Part shown: piece after piece, positions 53,001-60,712 of the stretch
Position numbering within the stretch: the first letter of the stretch is position 1
Layout of the letters: each line of letters starts with the position of its first letter
From: Chitinophaga pinensis
GTDB taxonomy: Bacteria; Bacteroidota; Bacteroidia; 2-12-FULL-35-15
Reading direction: 5' to 3'
DNA length: 64,000 nt
NCBI GenBank assembly: GCA_945879015.1
Contig: CAMCUO010000006.1
Coordinates: 1,269-65,268, forward strand
Notes under the pieces: generated by a model
Databases searched by the model: none
Told to the model about the DNA's origin: nothing
The model's input: the letters and a program-made list of their open reading frames with translations, nothing else
Translations under genes and position numbers: made by a program

Positions 53001-53354
53001 TATGCAGGTGCATACAACCCTTTGTTTTTAATTCGTGGAAAAGAATTAATTGAAGTACAAGCCGACAGCATTGCTATTGGAAGTTATACCGAAACGCAAA
53101 CTCAAAACTATACCAACCACATTGTTCCATTAAAAAAAGGTGATACCATTTATATTTTCTCAGATGGTTATGCCGATCAATTTGGTGGTCCGGATGGTAA
53201 GAAATTTAAATTAGCACAATTCAAAACCATGTTATTAAACATGAATGGAGTTTCTATGGAACAACAACAAATTGCATTAGAACGTTCTATTGAAGAATGG
53301 AGAGGCGTGTTGCAACAAGTGGACGACATCTTGATTATTGGGGTGAGGGTATAG
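50079..53354 (+). CDS. periplasmic beta-propeller (two-component-regulator propeller/Y_Y_Y) sensor fused through one TM helix to a cytoplasmic PP2C/SpoIIE-type Ser/Thr phosphatase
   Basis: Signal peptide, more than 12 propeller repeats (G..W.GT..GL), Y_Y_Y region, TM helix VFYVLVFLFAVFGLYVF, coiled coil, SGDFYW...DCTGHGVPGA PP2C motifs. Confidence 0.85.
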   Translation: MKQIKKHQLVFYALLLQCLTLITNSVKAQTTSFIYYGVEQGLSQSQVQDLMQDDDGNLWIGTLSGLTKYNGQEFKTFSRKDSLAEDWVTSMCKDKKGNIWMGHWAGGVSMYNNKTKKIENLNLEEYTRFTTVTTIIQDINQRFWIATEGAGIFVYDPANKTMISLNKKDGLSSDNVYDVCLDQKGNVWIATDIGITIYDSKKDITSSSSYSSLNTGNGLHSNRITTLALVNYNEIWVGTADAGLMALIVKDEFNAKLPTEAITGLGNRVTMADGIGADFINCIYEDKTHNIWIGTTGGGATKIKPYPSKERTEAISKAIIYNYNTKQGLNYFNVNTIFQDREGAVWIGTDIGLNQYRGERFQIYDEGDLIVNNLVWTTLCDKEGNIWLGTNDGISKITFSYSAINKKENHTIQNYSTKDGLPSNVILSSFEDKDGNLWFGTGFAGVCKYNKTTNKFESYSTADGLAGDMVYAISDDNKGNLWFGTKQGASKFDLVAKTFRNYSLADGLGGNNIYRIFKDSKGNLWFGALGGSLSMFDGSSFKSFGEEDGMRHRFILCINEDKNHNLWFGAYGGGLYKYDGKVFTNYTVKEGLTTDSPYSIIADNENHIWIGSSRGIDRFDEKNSSFVHYGKAEGFLGVETNPNAVCLDAEGNLWYGSIMGAVRYSPKEDKPNSAEPVTFITSLKLFMKDFEFPDDARFKYNENHLTFNFVGVSLNNPEKVKYQYKLEGFDKDWLPGYTTINEAVYTNLPPGTYTFLVRAFNNDGTGNIRATEYKFQISPPFWQTAVFYVLVFLFAVFGLYVFDKMRTRKLKVAKKLLEDKVDERTEELAIKNAELAEKNKDITDSIRYAKRIQEAILPPANVIKNYFPNSFVFSKPKDIVSGDFYWLDKKEDEIMFAAVDCTGHGVPGAFMSIVGANILTQALNESNAIIPSKFLDKLNKGVSETLNQTSEDARLRDGMDIALCTINFKTMELQYAGAYNPLFLIRGKELIEVQADSIAIGSYTETQTQNYTNHIVPLKKGDTIYIFSDGYADQFGGPDGKKFKLAQFKTMLLNMNGVSMEQQQIALERSIEEWRGVLQQVDDILIIGVRV

Positions 53355-53520
53355 CTAAAAATATGCGCTATGTTGTAACAACAATCTGCCCCAAAATAGA
53401 GAGATTGTCGCTATAGAGTAGCGGGTGTAACTAAGTTATACAAGAATTCCCTTTGACATTAGTTGTATATAATAATCCCATTCATAAAATATTAACCTTT
53501 ATATTAAATAAAAAACTAAT

Positions 53521-54480
53521 ATGAAATCATACACAATCAAATCTGCAACACTTTTAATTTGTTCAATTTTCATTTTATCCTTTCAGTCCTTTGGACAAAT
53601 TACTGAAAAGAATTATCGAGTGTATTCTACCAAGCTTGGCAAAGAGGTTACTCTAAATGAGATAGTGGAAGAAATGAAAAACTATGATGTTCTATTCTAC
53701 GGAGAAGAGCACAATGATTCTGTAACACACTATTTAGAAAATAAAATGTTTGAACTGCTTTATGCAAAATACAATTCAAACATTGCTGTTTCAATGGAAA
53801 TGTTTGACAGAGATGTACAAATTGTTATGAATGAATATTTAAGCGGAAGCATTCGTGAGAAAAATTTTAATAAAGATGCTAGAATTTGGAGCAATTACAG
53901 AGACTATAAACCAATGGTTGAGTTTGCCAAAAAAAATAAACTAGATGTTATTTGTGCTAATGCTCCAAGTAGATACACAAATCTTTCAGGCAGAAAAGGA
54001 CAAAAAGCATTGATGGAATTAAGTGCTGATGCAAAAAAATTCTTTGCCCCACTGCCATACGATACAGCAACTGGAAAATATTATGAAAAGTTAATGAGCC
54101 TTACGAAAAATGATGCAGCAACTCCAGTAGCTTTTGCAGATACTGCAAAAAAAGCGCCTGCTATGCCACCAATGGGAATGGGTGGATTTAATTTAGTAAT
54201 GGGACAATCGCTTTGGGACGCTACAATGGCTTTTTCTATTTCAGAATACTTAAAAAAGAATGCTGGGAAAAAAGTAATGCAAGTAAATGGAAGATTTCAC
54301 AGCGATGAAGGATTTGCAGTTGTAACACAACTAAAAAAATACAGTCCGAAAAAAAAATCGCTTATTATTTCTACCGGCTCTGATGATACTTTTCCAAACA
54401 TTGATTGGAGCACTCACAAACAGAATGGAGATTATATTATTATTACGGATCCAAGTGTTCCTAAGACTTACAAAGACTAG
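53521..54480 (+). CDS. ChaN-family (haem-binding uptake, Tiki superfamily) lipoprotein
   Basis: Signal peptide. VLFYGEEHND and MEMFDRDVQ motifs. Confidence 0.8.
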   Translation: MKSYTIKSATLLICSIFILSFQSFGQITEKNYRVYSTKLGKEVTLNEIVEEMKNYDVLFYGEEHNDSVTHYLENKMFELLYAKYNSNIAVSMEMFDRDVQIVMNEYLSGSIREKNFNKDARIWSNYRDYKPMVEFAKKNKLDVICANAPSRYTNLSGRKGQKALMELSADAKKFFAPLPYDTATGKYYEKLMSLTKNDAATPVAFADTAKKAPAMPPMGMGGFNLVMGQSLWDATMAFSISEYLKKNAGKKVMQVNGRFHSDEGFAVVTQLKKYSPKKKSLIISTGSDDTFPNIDWSTHKQNGDYIIITDPSVPKTYKD

Positions 54481-54482
54481 TA

Positions 54483-56990
54483 TTACATCCCCATATCACC
54501 ACCGCCTTCAAACCCACCGTTGTTTTGTTTATCGGAACGAGATTTTCTAGCCTCCAACATTTTTCCAAATCGGTAGCTAAAAGTAAGTGTTGCTATTCGT
54601 GACTCTCTTTTACGCTCAAACTCCTGATAAAATGAAGGATCGTTGTCGCCAACAATTTGAAATTTTCGTGCATCTGTTAAATCGGTAATGCTCAAACTCA
54701 AACTTGCATTTTTGAAAATTTCTTTCTTCAAACCCAAATCCATCGTAAACACGGATTTCATTTCTCCTTGCAATGTTGCCATTGGTCCAGTATAATTAGC
54801 AGTAAACTGAATGTCCATGTTTTTCCAAATTCGCATGTTCGACAACAACTTAACAAGATAGCTTAAGTTTTCATTTTGCAAATCAGCTTGTACACCACCA
54901 TCAATTTTTGTTTGGAAACCATTTGCACTAAATATGATGTTCCACCATTTAGCAATGTCAGTCTTTAAAATAAATTCTAATCCATACGATTGTGATTTGT
55001 CTAAATTGATAAATGTGATAAATGAGGCAGTACTATCGGAAATAATTTTATACCGTTGAACAACTCCATCCGTTTGCCGGAAATAAGCTGTAGCAGTAAT
55101 TACACCTTTTGGAAAATATTTTAAGTAGCTTAACTCGTATGAATTAATATACTCAGGCTTTAAAAAAGGATTTCCATAACGGATGTTGTATGGGTCAGAA
55201 TAATCTTTAAAGGGATTTAGGTTTCTTATATTGGGTCTATTTATTCGTCTGCTATAACTTATTTGAAATTCTTGTTCCTTTTTAAATTTTTGTGATAAGT
55301 GAACAGATGGGAATAGATTAAAATAATTGTTCGGAAATTTTTCATCCGTTGTAATAACTTCAGAGCTTGTGTTTGCCTGCTCTGCGCGCAAACCCAATTG
55401 ATATCCAAAGTTTTTAATTGTTCCGGAAATTGTAGAATATGCAGCATAAATGTTTTCTATATATAAAAAATTGTTACTTAAATTAGTATCAATCATAAAT
55501 TGCTCGTTTGAATAATCATACATGTCCGTCACAAAATCGCTTCCAATATTTCTTAAAGTAGTTTTTGCGCCCAACTCCCCTTTCATTTGTTTTTTCAATG
55601 CTTGAACATAATCCAGCTGAATGGTGGTAATAGTGTTTTTTGATTTTGTTACAGAATTTTGTTTGTATGGTTCATCATTTTTAAAATCATATTTCAAAGT
55701 ATAGTCTCTCTCAACATAGCTCTCGCTTTTGCCACCAGTTGCATCAGAATAAGTTGCATCAACTATTAATTCTTGTTTTGGCTTAGCAAATGTTTTTCTA
55801 TAATTTAAATTGTAGTCTATACTGGTTGGCGTTTCTTTTTCTTCAATGTCTCGGGAATAAGTTCCGGAAGAAACATCGTTATTATCAGCTTCATAAAAAT
55901 TGGTTGTCTCATTTTTACTTTCCGACCCTGTATTGTACATCACTGAAATTCCAATTGTGTTTTTATCATTCAAATAAAAATCGGCCCCAGCTTTAATATT
56001 ATTGGAAACCCCTTTATGGAAGGAGTTTGATTTTTGACGAAGAAAAAATGTTGTATCGCTTAAAAAGTTCTGACGCAGCGTAGAGCCACTTCCTGTTCTA
56101 TTGTTGGAACGAAATCCATAATTCGCATACACATTCACTTTCGCGTTTTTGTAACTAAGATTCGCTGCTGCATTGTATTTATCTCCTGTACCGGCTCCAA
56201 CACTCACAGAACCATTAAAACCTTGCAGCTTGTTCTTTTTAGTAATTATATTAATGATGCCGGACATTCCCTCGGGATCGTATTTAGCAGATGGATTAGT
56301 AATTAATTCTATACTCTCAATGCTACTTGCAGGAATTTGCTGTAAAATAGCTGCTCTACTTGTCCCTGTTAAACCTGAAGGTTTTCCATCAATTAACACA
56401 ACCACATTTCCACTTCCTCGCATACTAATGTTTCCATCAAAATCTACAGATACACTTGGAATACTCTGTAAAACATCACTTGCAGATCCGCCTTCACTTA
56501 CTATGCTCTTTTCTACGTTAAATATTTTTCTATCTATGCCTAATTGTAGTGTGCTTTTTTCTGAGTTGACTTCTACTTCTCCTAATTGTTCAGTACTGTT
56601 TTTTAATTTTATTTGGCCTAAATCAATTTCTGTTTCTTTTGGTCGTATTGAAATAGAGTCAATCACCAATTGTTTATATCCAATAAAATTTATTTTCATA
56701 AAATATCGTCCGAAAGGAAGTTCAGACAATTGAAAATCTCCTTTTATGCCTGCAACAACTCCAGTTACTAATGAGGAGTCTTTAATTTTATATAATGCGA
56801 TAGTTGCAAACTCGACAGCTTGTTTGGTTTTATTATCTGTAACAATACCTTTTATTTTACCAATAACAGGAGCGCTTCCTCCATCTGACATTTGTCTGTT
56901 TTGAGAAAAGACAAATCCTGAAAAGAAAAGAAAAGAAAGAAAAAATACTACTTTTTTAAAAGACAAGGGGATCCGATTGTTTCGCGACAA
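54483..56990 (-). CDS. TonB-dependent receptor (CarbopepD-like N-terminus)
   Basis: Signal peptide, plug, beta-barrel, C-terminal ...GGDMGM. Convergent with the ChaN gene. Confidence 0.9.
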   Translation of the reverse strand: MSRNNRIPLSFKKVVFFLSFLFFSGFVFSQNRQMSDGGSAPVIGKIKGIVTDNKTKQAVEFATIALYKIKDSSLVTGVVAGIKGDFQLSELPFGRYFMKINFIGYKQLVIDSISIRPKETEIDLGQIKLKNSTEQLGEVEVNSEKSTLQLGIDRKIFNVEKSIVSEGGSASDVLQSIPSVSVDFDGNISMRGSGNVVVLIDGKPSGLTGTSRAAILQQIPASSIESIELITNPSAKYDPEGMSGIINIITKKNKLQGFNGSVSVGAGTGDKYNAAANLSYKNAKVNVYANYGFRSNNRTGSGSTLRQNFLSDTTFFLRQKSNSFHKGVSNNIKAGADFYLNDKNTIGISVMYNTGSESKNETTNFYEADNNDVSSGTYSRDIEEKETPTSIDYNLNYRKTFAKPKQELIVDATYSDATGGKSESYVERDYTLKYDFKNDEPYKQNSVTKSKNTITTIQLDYVQALKKQMKGELGAKTTLRNIGSDFVTDMYDYSNEQFMIDTNLSNNFLYIENIYAAYSTISGTIKNFGYQLGLRAEQANTSSEVITTDEKFPNNYFNLFPSVHLSQKFKKEQEFQISYSRRINRPNIRNLNPFKDYSDPYNIRYGNPFLKPEYINSYELSYLKYFPKGVITATAYFRQTDGVVQRYKIISDSTASFITFINLDKSQSYGLEFILKTDIAKWWNIIFSANGFQTKIDGGVQADLQNENLSYLVKLLSNMRIWKNMDIQFTANYTGPMATLQGEMKSVFTMDLGLKKEIFKNASLSLSITDLTDARKFQIVGDNDPSFYQEFERKRESRIATLTFSYRFGKMLEARKSRSDKQNNGGFEGGGDMGM

Positions 56991-57104
56991 AAATACGAAT
57001 TAATGCACTTGTTGATTGGGAGATTCGACCAGTCAATGTTAAAAAAGTTTAATTTACGCCAGATTGGTGAGAAATGCTACGAGAAGAGTTCTTTGTAAGC
57101 TATC

Positions 57105-57215
57105 AATCAATATCGTCAAACTGAGCGCAGTCGAAGTGTAAGGGCGAGAACACATAATTGTGCTCACGACTCCTAACAGGGCGACCCCTGTGTCGTGGCA
57201 AGGGATGACGACTAC
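57105..57215. repeat. GC-rich dispersed repeat, family B, longest copy (about 110 bp, multi-hairpin)
   Basis: ACTGAGCGCAGTCGAAGTGTAAGGGCGAGAACAC...GTGCTCACGACTCCTAACAGGGCGACCCCTGTGTCGTGGCAAGGGATGACGAC. Pieces recur at 990, 6848 and 30745. Confidence 0.55.
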
Positions 57216-57246
57216 GATTGAGAGAATTCTTTTAAAAAGCTTTTCT

Positions 57247-58185
57247 CTAAATTGCACAAATAAACAACTTATTCTCTCTCTTATTAAATATATTAAACAG
57301 CGAAATAAAATTCACATTCGCAATAATATAGTTCGTGTTTTTAGACTTGAACTCTTCTTCTATCGATAGTATTTCCAACTCTTTTAGTTCCTCTCTGTTT
57401 TGAAAACGAATGTATAACTTCATTTGGAAATCATACTCAATTTGTTTGATTCCATCTTCAATTTTATTATTCCCATTCAAAGCTTTCTTTAATTTTTTGT
57501 ACGCATACTTGTAATCGTATGTTAATGCAGAAATATCAGACAAAACGGCACTTCCTGTTGGGTGACTTCCTGCTCCTTTTCCAACAAATGTTTGTTTACA
57601 AGAAAAAGCACCCTCAACCTCCACAGCATTTTACTCATACAAAACGTTGAACAACTCACTTTCTCTATCCACAAAATGAGGTAAAGAATAAACTCTAAAT
57701 TTATCTCCCACTTTTTGTGAAACGCCTAACATTTTAATTCGCAATCCTCTTTGCTTTGCATATAAGATGTCATCGTAACTAATATTTTGAATTCCAGTAT
57801 TAAAAATATCATTCGGATTTAATACAATTCCAAAAGCATGAACAGTCAATAAAAGTGTTTTGAATTTAGTATCAAATCCAGCAACATCCAACCAGGGCTC
57901 GCTTTCCGCAAAACCATTTATTTGTGCATCTTTCAAAACATCACCATAATCTTTGTTTTCTAGCTCCATGCGAGTTAGAATATAATTACATGTTCCATTT
58001 AAAATTCCCTTCACACTGCTTAATAGCTCGTTATCGTAATATTCCCCCAGATTACGAATAATTGGAATGCTTCCTCCAGCAGAACCTTCGTAGAGTATGG
58101 CAACATTGTTTTTTTCTTGCATCTGATAAAGCTCTTTGAAATATTGTTTTTTAATAAAACTTAAAATTCGCTTATTCTTATTGAT
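57247..58185 (-). pseudogene. hom: homoserine dehydrogenase remnant: N-terminal NAD-binding domain missing and an in-frame TAA (57631-57633) splits the catalytic and ACT portions
   Basis: ...AESEPWLDVAGFDTKFK...ELFNVLYE*NAVEVEGAFSCKQTFVGKGAGSHPTGSAVLSDI... is continuous in one frame. Upstream frame opens only at a TGA (58186), with no N-terminal domain. Confidence 0.7.
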
Positions 58186-58228
58186 TCATCAACCTTCTCT
58201 AATTTTCCCCTTCTCCATTTCTCTAATT

Positions 58229-58525
58229 TTAGAGGCGAAGCCCGCATTCCGTTTTTGATTTATTCACCCATCTTCCATTTCTGCCTTTCCCAGCTACATT
58301 AGAGTGAAAACAGCCAACTGAGCTATACCCTTGTGAAAGAAGAGGATGTTCTGCCAGCTTATCTTCAACTATGTATTCTTTCGCAATTTTTTCATTCTGA
58401 TCAATCAATGGATAAAATTTTAGAATGCCATCTTTTTGTTCAAACACTTTTAAATTTTGCCGATGTGAATTTTGTGGCGCGGTAATTAAAAAAAGACTTC
58501 CCGTTTCTGGAAAGCCTTTTAAATA
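58229..58525 (-). pseudogene. degenerate C-terminal relic of phosphoadenosine-phosphosulfate reductase (cysH)
   Basis: ...LSQGYSSVGCFHSN...GRNGRWVNKSKTECGLRL mirrors CysH (GYPSIGCxPCT...GRWWW...KECGLH), but the catalytic Cys is lost and the N-terminal 2/3 is absent. Confidence 0.5.
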
Positions 58526-58988
58526 AATTTAAAATATATGTTGTTACAACAGGCTTTCCATAATTACACACACATCATACAGCACATCATTTGGCTGTTT
58601 GAAAGTGCTACCGTATATGTAAAGTTGTTGTTCATTGTTTCTTATTCTGCGACAAATATATGGCTCTATATTTTATACTTCCCAATTTATTTTTGTTTGT
58701 TTTGCCCTTATCAACGTTGACTAGCCTTTCAGGGGCAATATTTTAAAATGAAAGAATAGTAAATTTAATAGCCGCAACCATTAAATAAATAATTTTTTGT
58801 ACGCTTCTATTTATATATAATATTATCTTATGCTATTGATATTCAACTATTTAAATATTACTTAGTGTTAAATTATTATTCAATTATACTGCTTTAAATG
58901 GCCTAAAAAATTCCGTTTTTCTATATTTTGTTTTGTAGTTATCTAATTTTACTTTATTTTTAATCATATATTTAATTATCAATATTTT

Positions 58989-60479
58989 ATGATTTTAAAA
59001 AAATCACTTTTTGACTTAATAAAATCTCTTTCCGGCTCGGAGAAGAGATACATTCAATTATCGACTGAATTTAAAGAAGACAGCAATTATGCCCGCCTGT
59101 TTCTTTGTTATGAACGAATGCGCACTATTAATGAGAGTATTATTCAAAAAGAATTTAAAGAAGAGGCGATCTTAAATCAAATTCATGTAGCTGAAAACTA
59201 CTTGTACAAAGCCATTTTGAAGTGTTTGCGAAATTTCCATTCAGATAGCAGCATCGAATTCGAAATAAAAAATCAACTCAACGATGTAGAAATTTTATAT
59301 CGAAAAGGCTTGTATCATCAGTGTAAAAGCACTTTAAATCACCTCGAAAAAACTGCATTGAAGTATGAAAATCATTTTGTATTAATAGAAGTTTACAATT
59401 GGTATAGTGAGCTCCGTCAGGTAATGGCTGAAAACACGCCGTTTCCCGACCATGCGATTATTTTTCAAAATGAGTTGAACAGCCTCAATGCTCACAAAAA
59501 TATCATCGAGTATAAAAAAATGTCTAGTGATTTGCTTTTAAATATGAAAAGTGAAAATAAAGATCAGATGCGGGAAATAGAAAAAATTATTTTTTCTTCC
59601 CTATTGCAATCCGAAGCAAAAGCAACCACATTCCGCTCTAAACTTAGCTTTTACCAAGTTCATGGAGAATATCAAACATTGAAAGGCGATATTGAAAAAG
59701 CGATTACATTTCAACAAAAAGTAGTTACACTTTTAGAAACAAATCCACATCAGATACAAAAGAAACCATTGTTTTATCTTATCTCGATGAATAACCTAGC
59801 GATAGGATTAATTAAAGCCGGGCAATTTGAAGAAGCCATCCGTGTAATTCAAAAATTACGAGCATCAACCAAAACATTCAGCATAAAAAACAGTATCGAC
59901 TGGCAAACAAAATTATTTACTATCACCTCTTCGTTGGAATTGGATGTATATATTAAATCAGATGATTTTACAAAGGGAATTGAGCTAATTCCGCACATAC
60001 AAGCCGAATTAGAGCGACCAAAGAGTGTAGGTCCTGCCGAGAAGCTACAATTTGAATTTGCTTTTGCGAGATTATTCTTTGGAAATAAAAAATATAAAGA
60101 GTCTTTGCGATGGATCAATAAATTATTGAACAATCCGAATAAAGAATCACTTTCTGATATTTATTGTTGTGCACGAATGCTTCAAATAATAATTTATTTC
60201 GAAACAAAAGATTGGGAAATGCTTCCGTATGCAATTATAAATACAACTCGTTATTTAAAATCAACTAAAAAACTCTACCGCTCAGAAACTGCTATGCTGG
60301 CTGCAATGCGGAAGTTAGAAGATGTAGAAAAACCAAAGGAATTACAGCAATTGAAAAAGTTAAGTGCTGCCTTCGAAGAAATTTTTACTGATAATTTAGA
60401 AAAAAACTTATTGGATAATTTCGATTTCTCGACTTGGGTGAGTGATAAAATAAAATTGCTTCAACCGGAAGAGAACTAA
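58989..60479 (+). CDS. hypothetical all-helical (TPR-like) cytoplasmic protein, 496 aa
   Basis: Long ORF after a roughly 500 bp very AT-rich non-coding stretch. No recognised motifs. Confidence 0.55.
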   Translation: MILKKSLFDLIKSLSGSEKRYIQLSTEFKEDSNYARLFLCYERMRTINESIIQKEFKEEAILNQIHVAENYLYKAILKCLRNFHSDSSIEFEIKNQLNDVEILYRKGLYHQCKSTLNHLEKTALKYENHFVLIEVYNWYSELRQVMAENTPFPDHAIIFQNELNSLNAHKNIIEYKKMSSDLLLNMKSENKDQMREIEKIIFSSLLQSEAKATTFRSKLSFYQVHGEYQTLKGDIEKAITFQQKVVTLLETNPHQIQKKPLFYLISMNNLAIGLIKAGQFEEAIRVIQKLRASTKTFSIKNSIDWQTKLFTITSSLELDVYIKSDDFTKGIELIPHIQAELERPKSVGPAEKLQFEFAFARLFFGNKKYKESLRWINKLLNNPNKESLSDIYCCARMLQIIIYFETKDWEMLPYAIINTTRYLKSTKKLYRSETAMLAAMRKLEDVEKPKELQQLKKLSAAFEEIFTDNLEKNLLDNFDFSTWVSDKIKLLQPEEN

Positions 60480-60487
60480 ATCCGATT

Positions 60488-60656
60488 GAAAACCCCGAAG
60501 GGGTTCAATCCTACTAAGAAAACTCGACCCTTGCTCACATCCAACCCCGAAGGGGTTGAACTATCGGAATCGCCAACCATATTCAACCCCTTCGGGGTTG
60601 TGTGAAATCTTTCTTATATCTAGGCAAATAGAATTAAACCCCTTCGGGGTTTGTAA
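60488..60656. repeat. tandem array of four GC-stem hairpins (CAACCCCGAAGGGGTTG / CAACCCCTTCGGGGTTG) at roughly 50 bp spacing
   Basis: Copies at 60491-60505, 60542-60559, 60584-60600 and 60636-60653. Stems are identical and loops alternate GAA/TTC. Confidence 0.7.
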
Positions 60657-60660
60657 AAAT

Positions 60661-60696
60661 AAAAAAGGTCAGGATAAATTCCCGACCTTTTTGCTG
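60661..60696. terminator. bidirectional rho-independent terminator between convergent genes
   Basis: AAAAAAGGTCAGG-ATAAATT-CCCGACCTTTTT. Confidence 0.6.
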
Positions 60697-60712
60697 AGTA
60701 ATAAATGAGAAA

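Noticed and set aside
53378-53393. Palindrome TGTTGTAACAACA upstream of chaN as a Fur box
   Set aside because: It is a short AT-rich palindrome immediately after the sensor gene stop, with no match to a known Fur consensus and no second copy before the TonB receptor. The evidence is insufficient.
58480-58988. Chromosomal origin (oriC) in the 500 bp AT-rich tract
   Set aside because: There are no TTATCCACA/TGTGGATAA DnaA boxes and no dnaA/dnaN nearby. It is simply an AT-rich leader.
60488-60656. Possible CRISPR array, given four regularly spaced repeats
   Set aside because: The repeat units are only 15-17 bp and fully palindromic, the spacers are about 30 bp, there are only four units, and no cas genes are present. 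It fits a hairpin or REP-like array instead.
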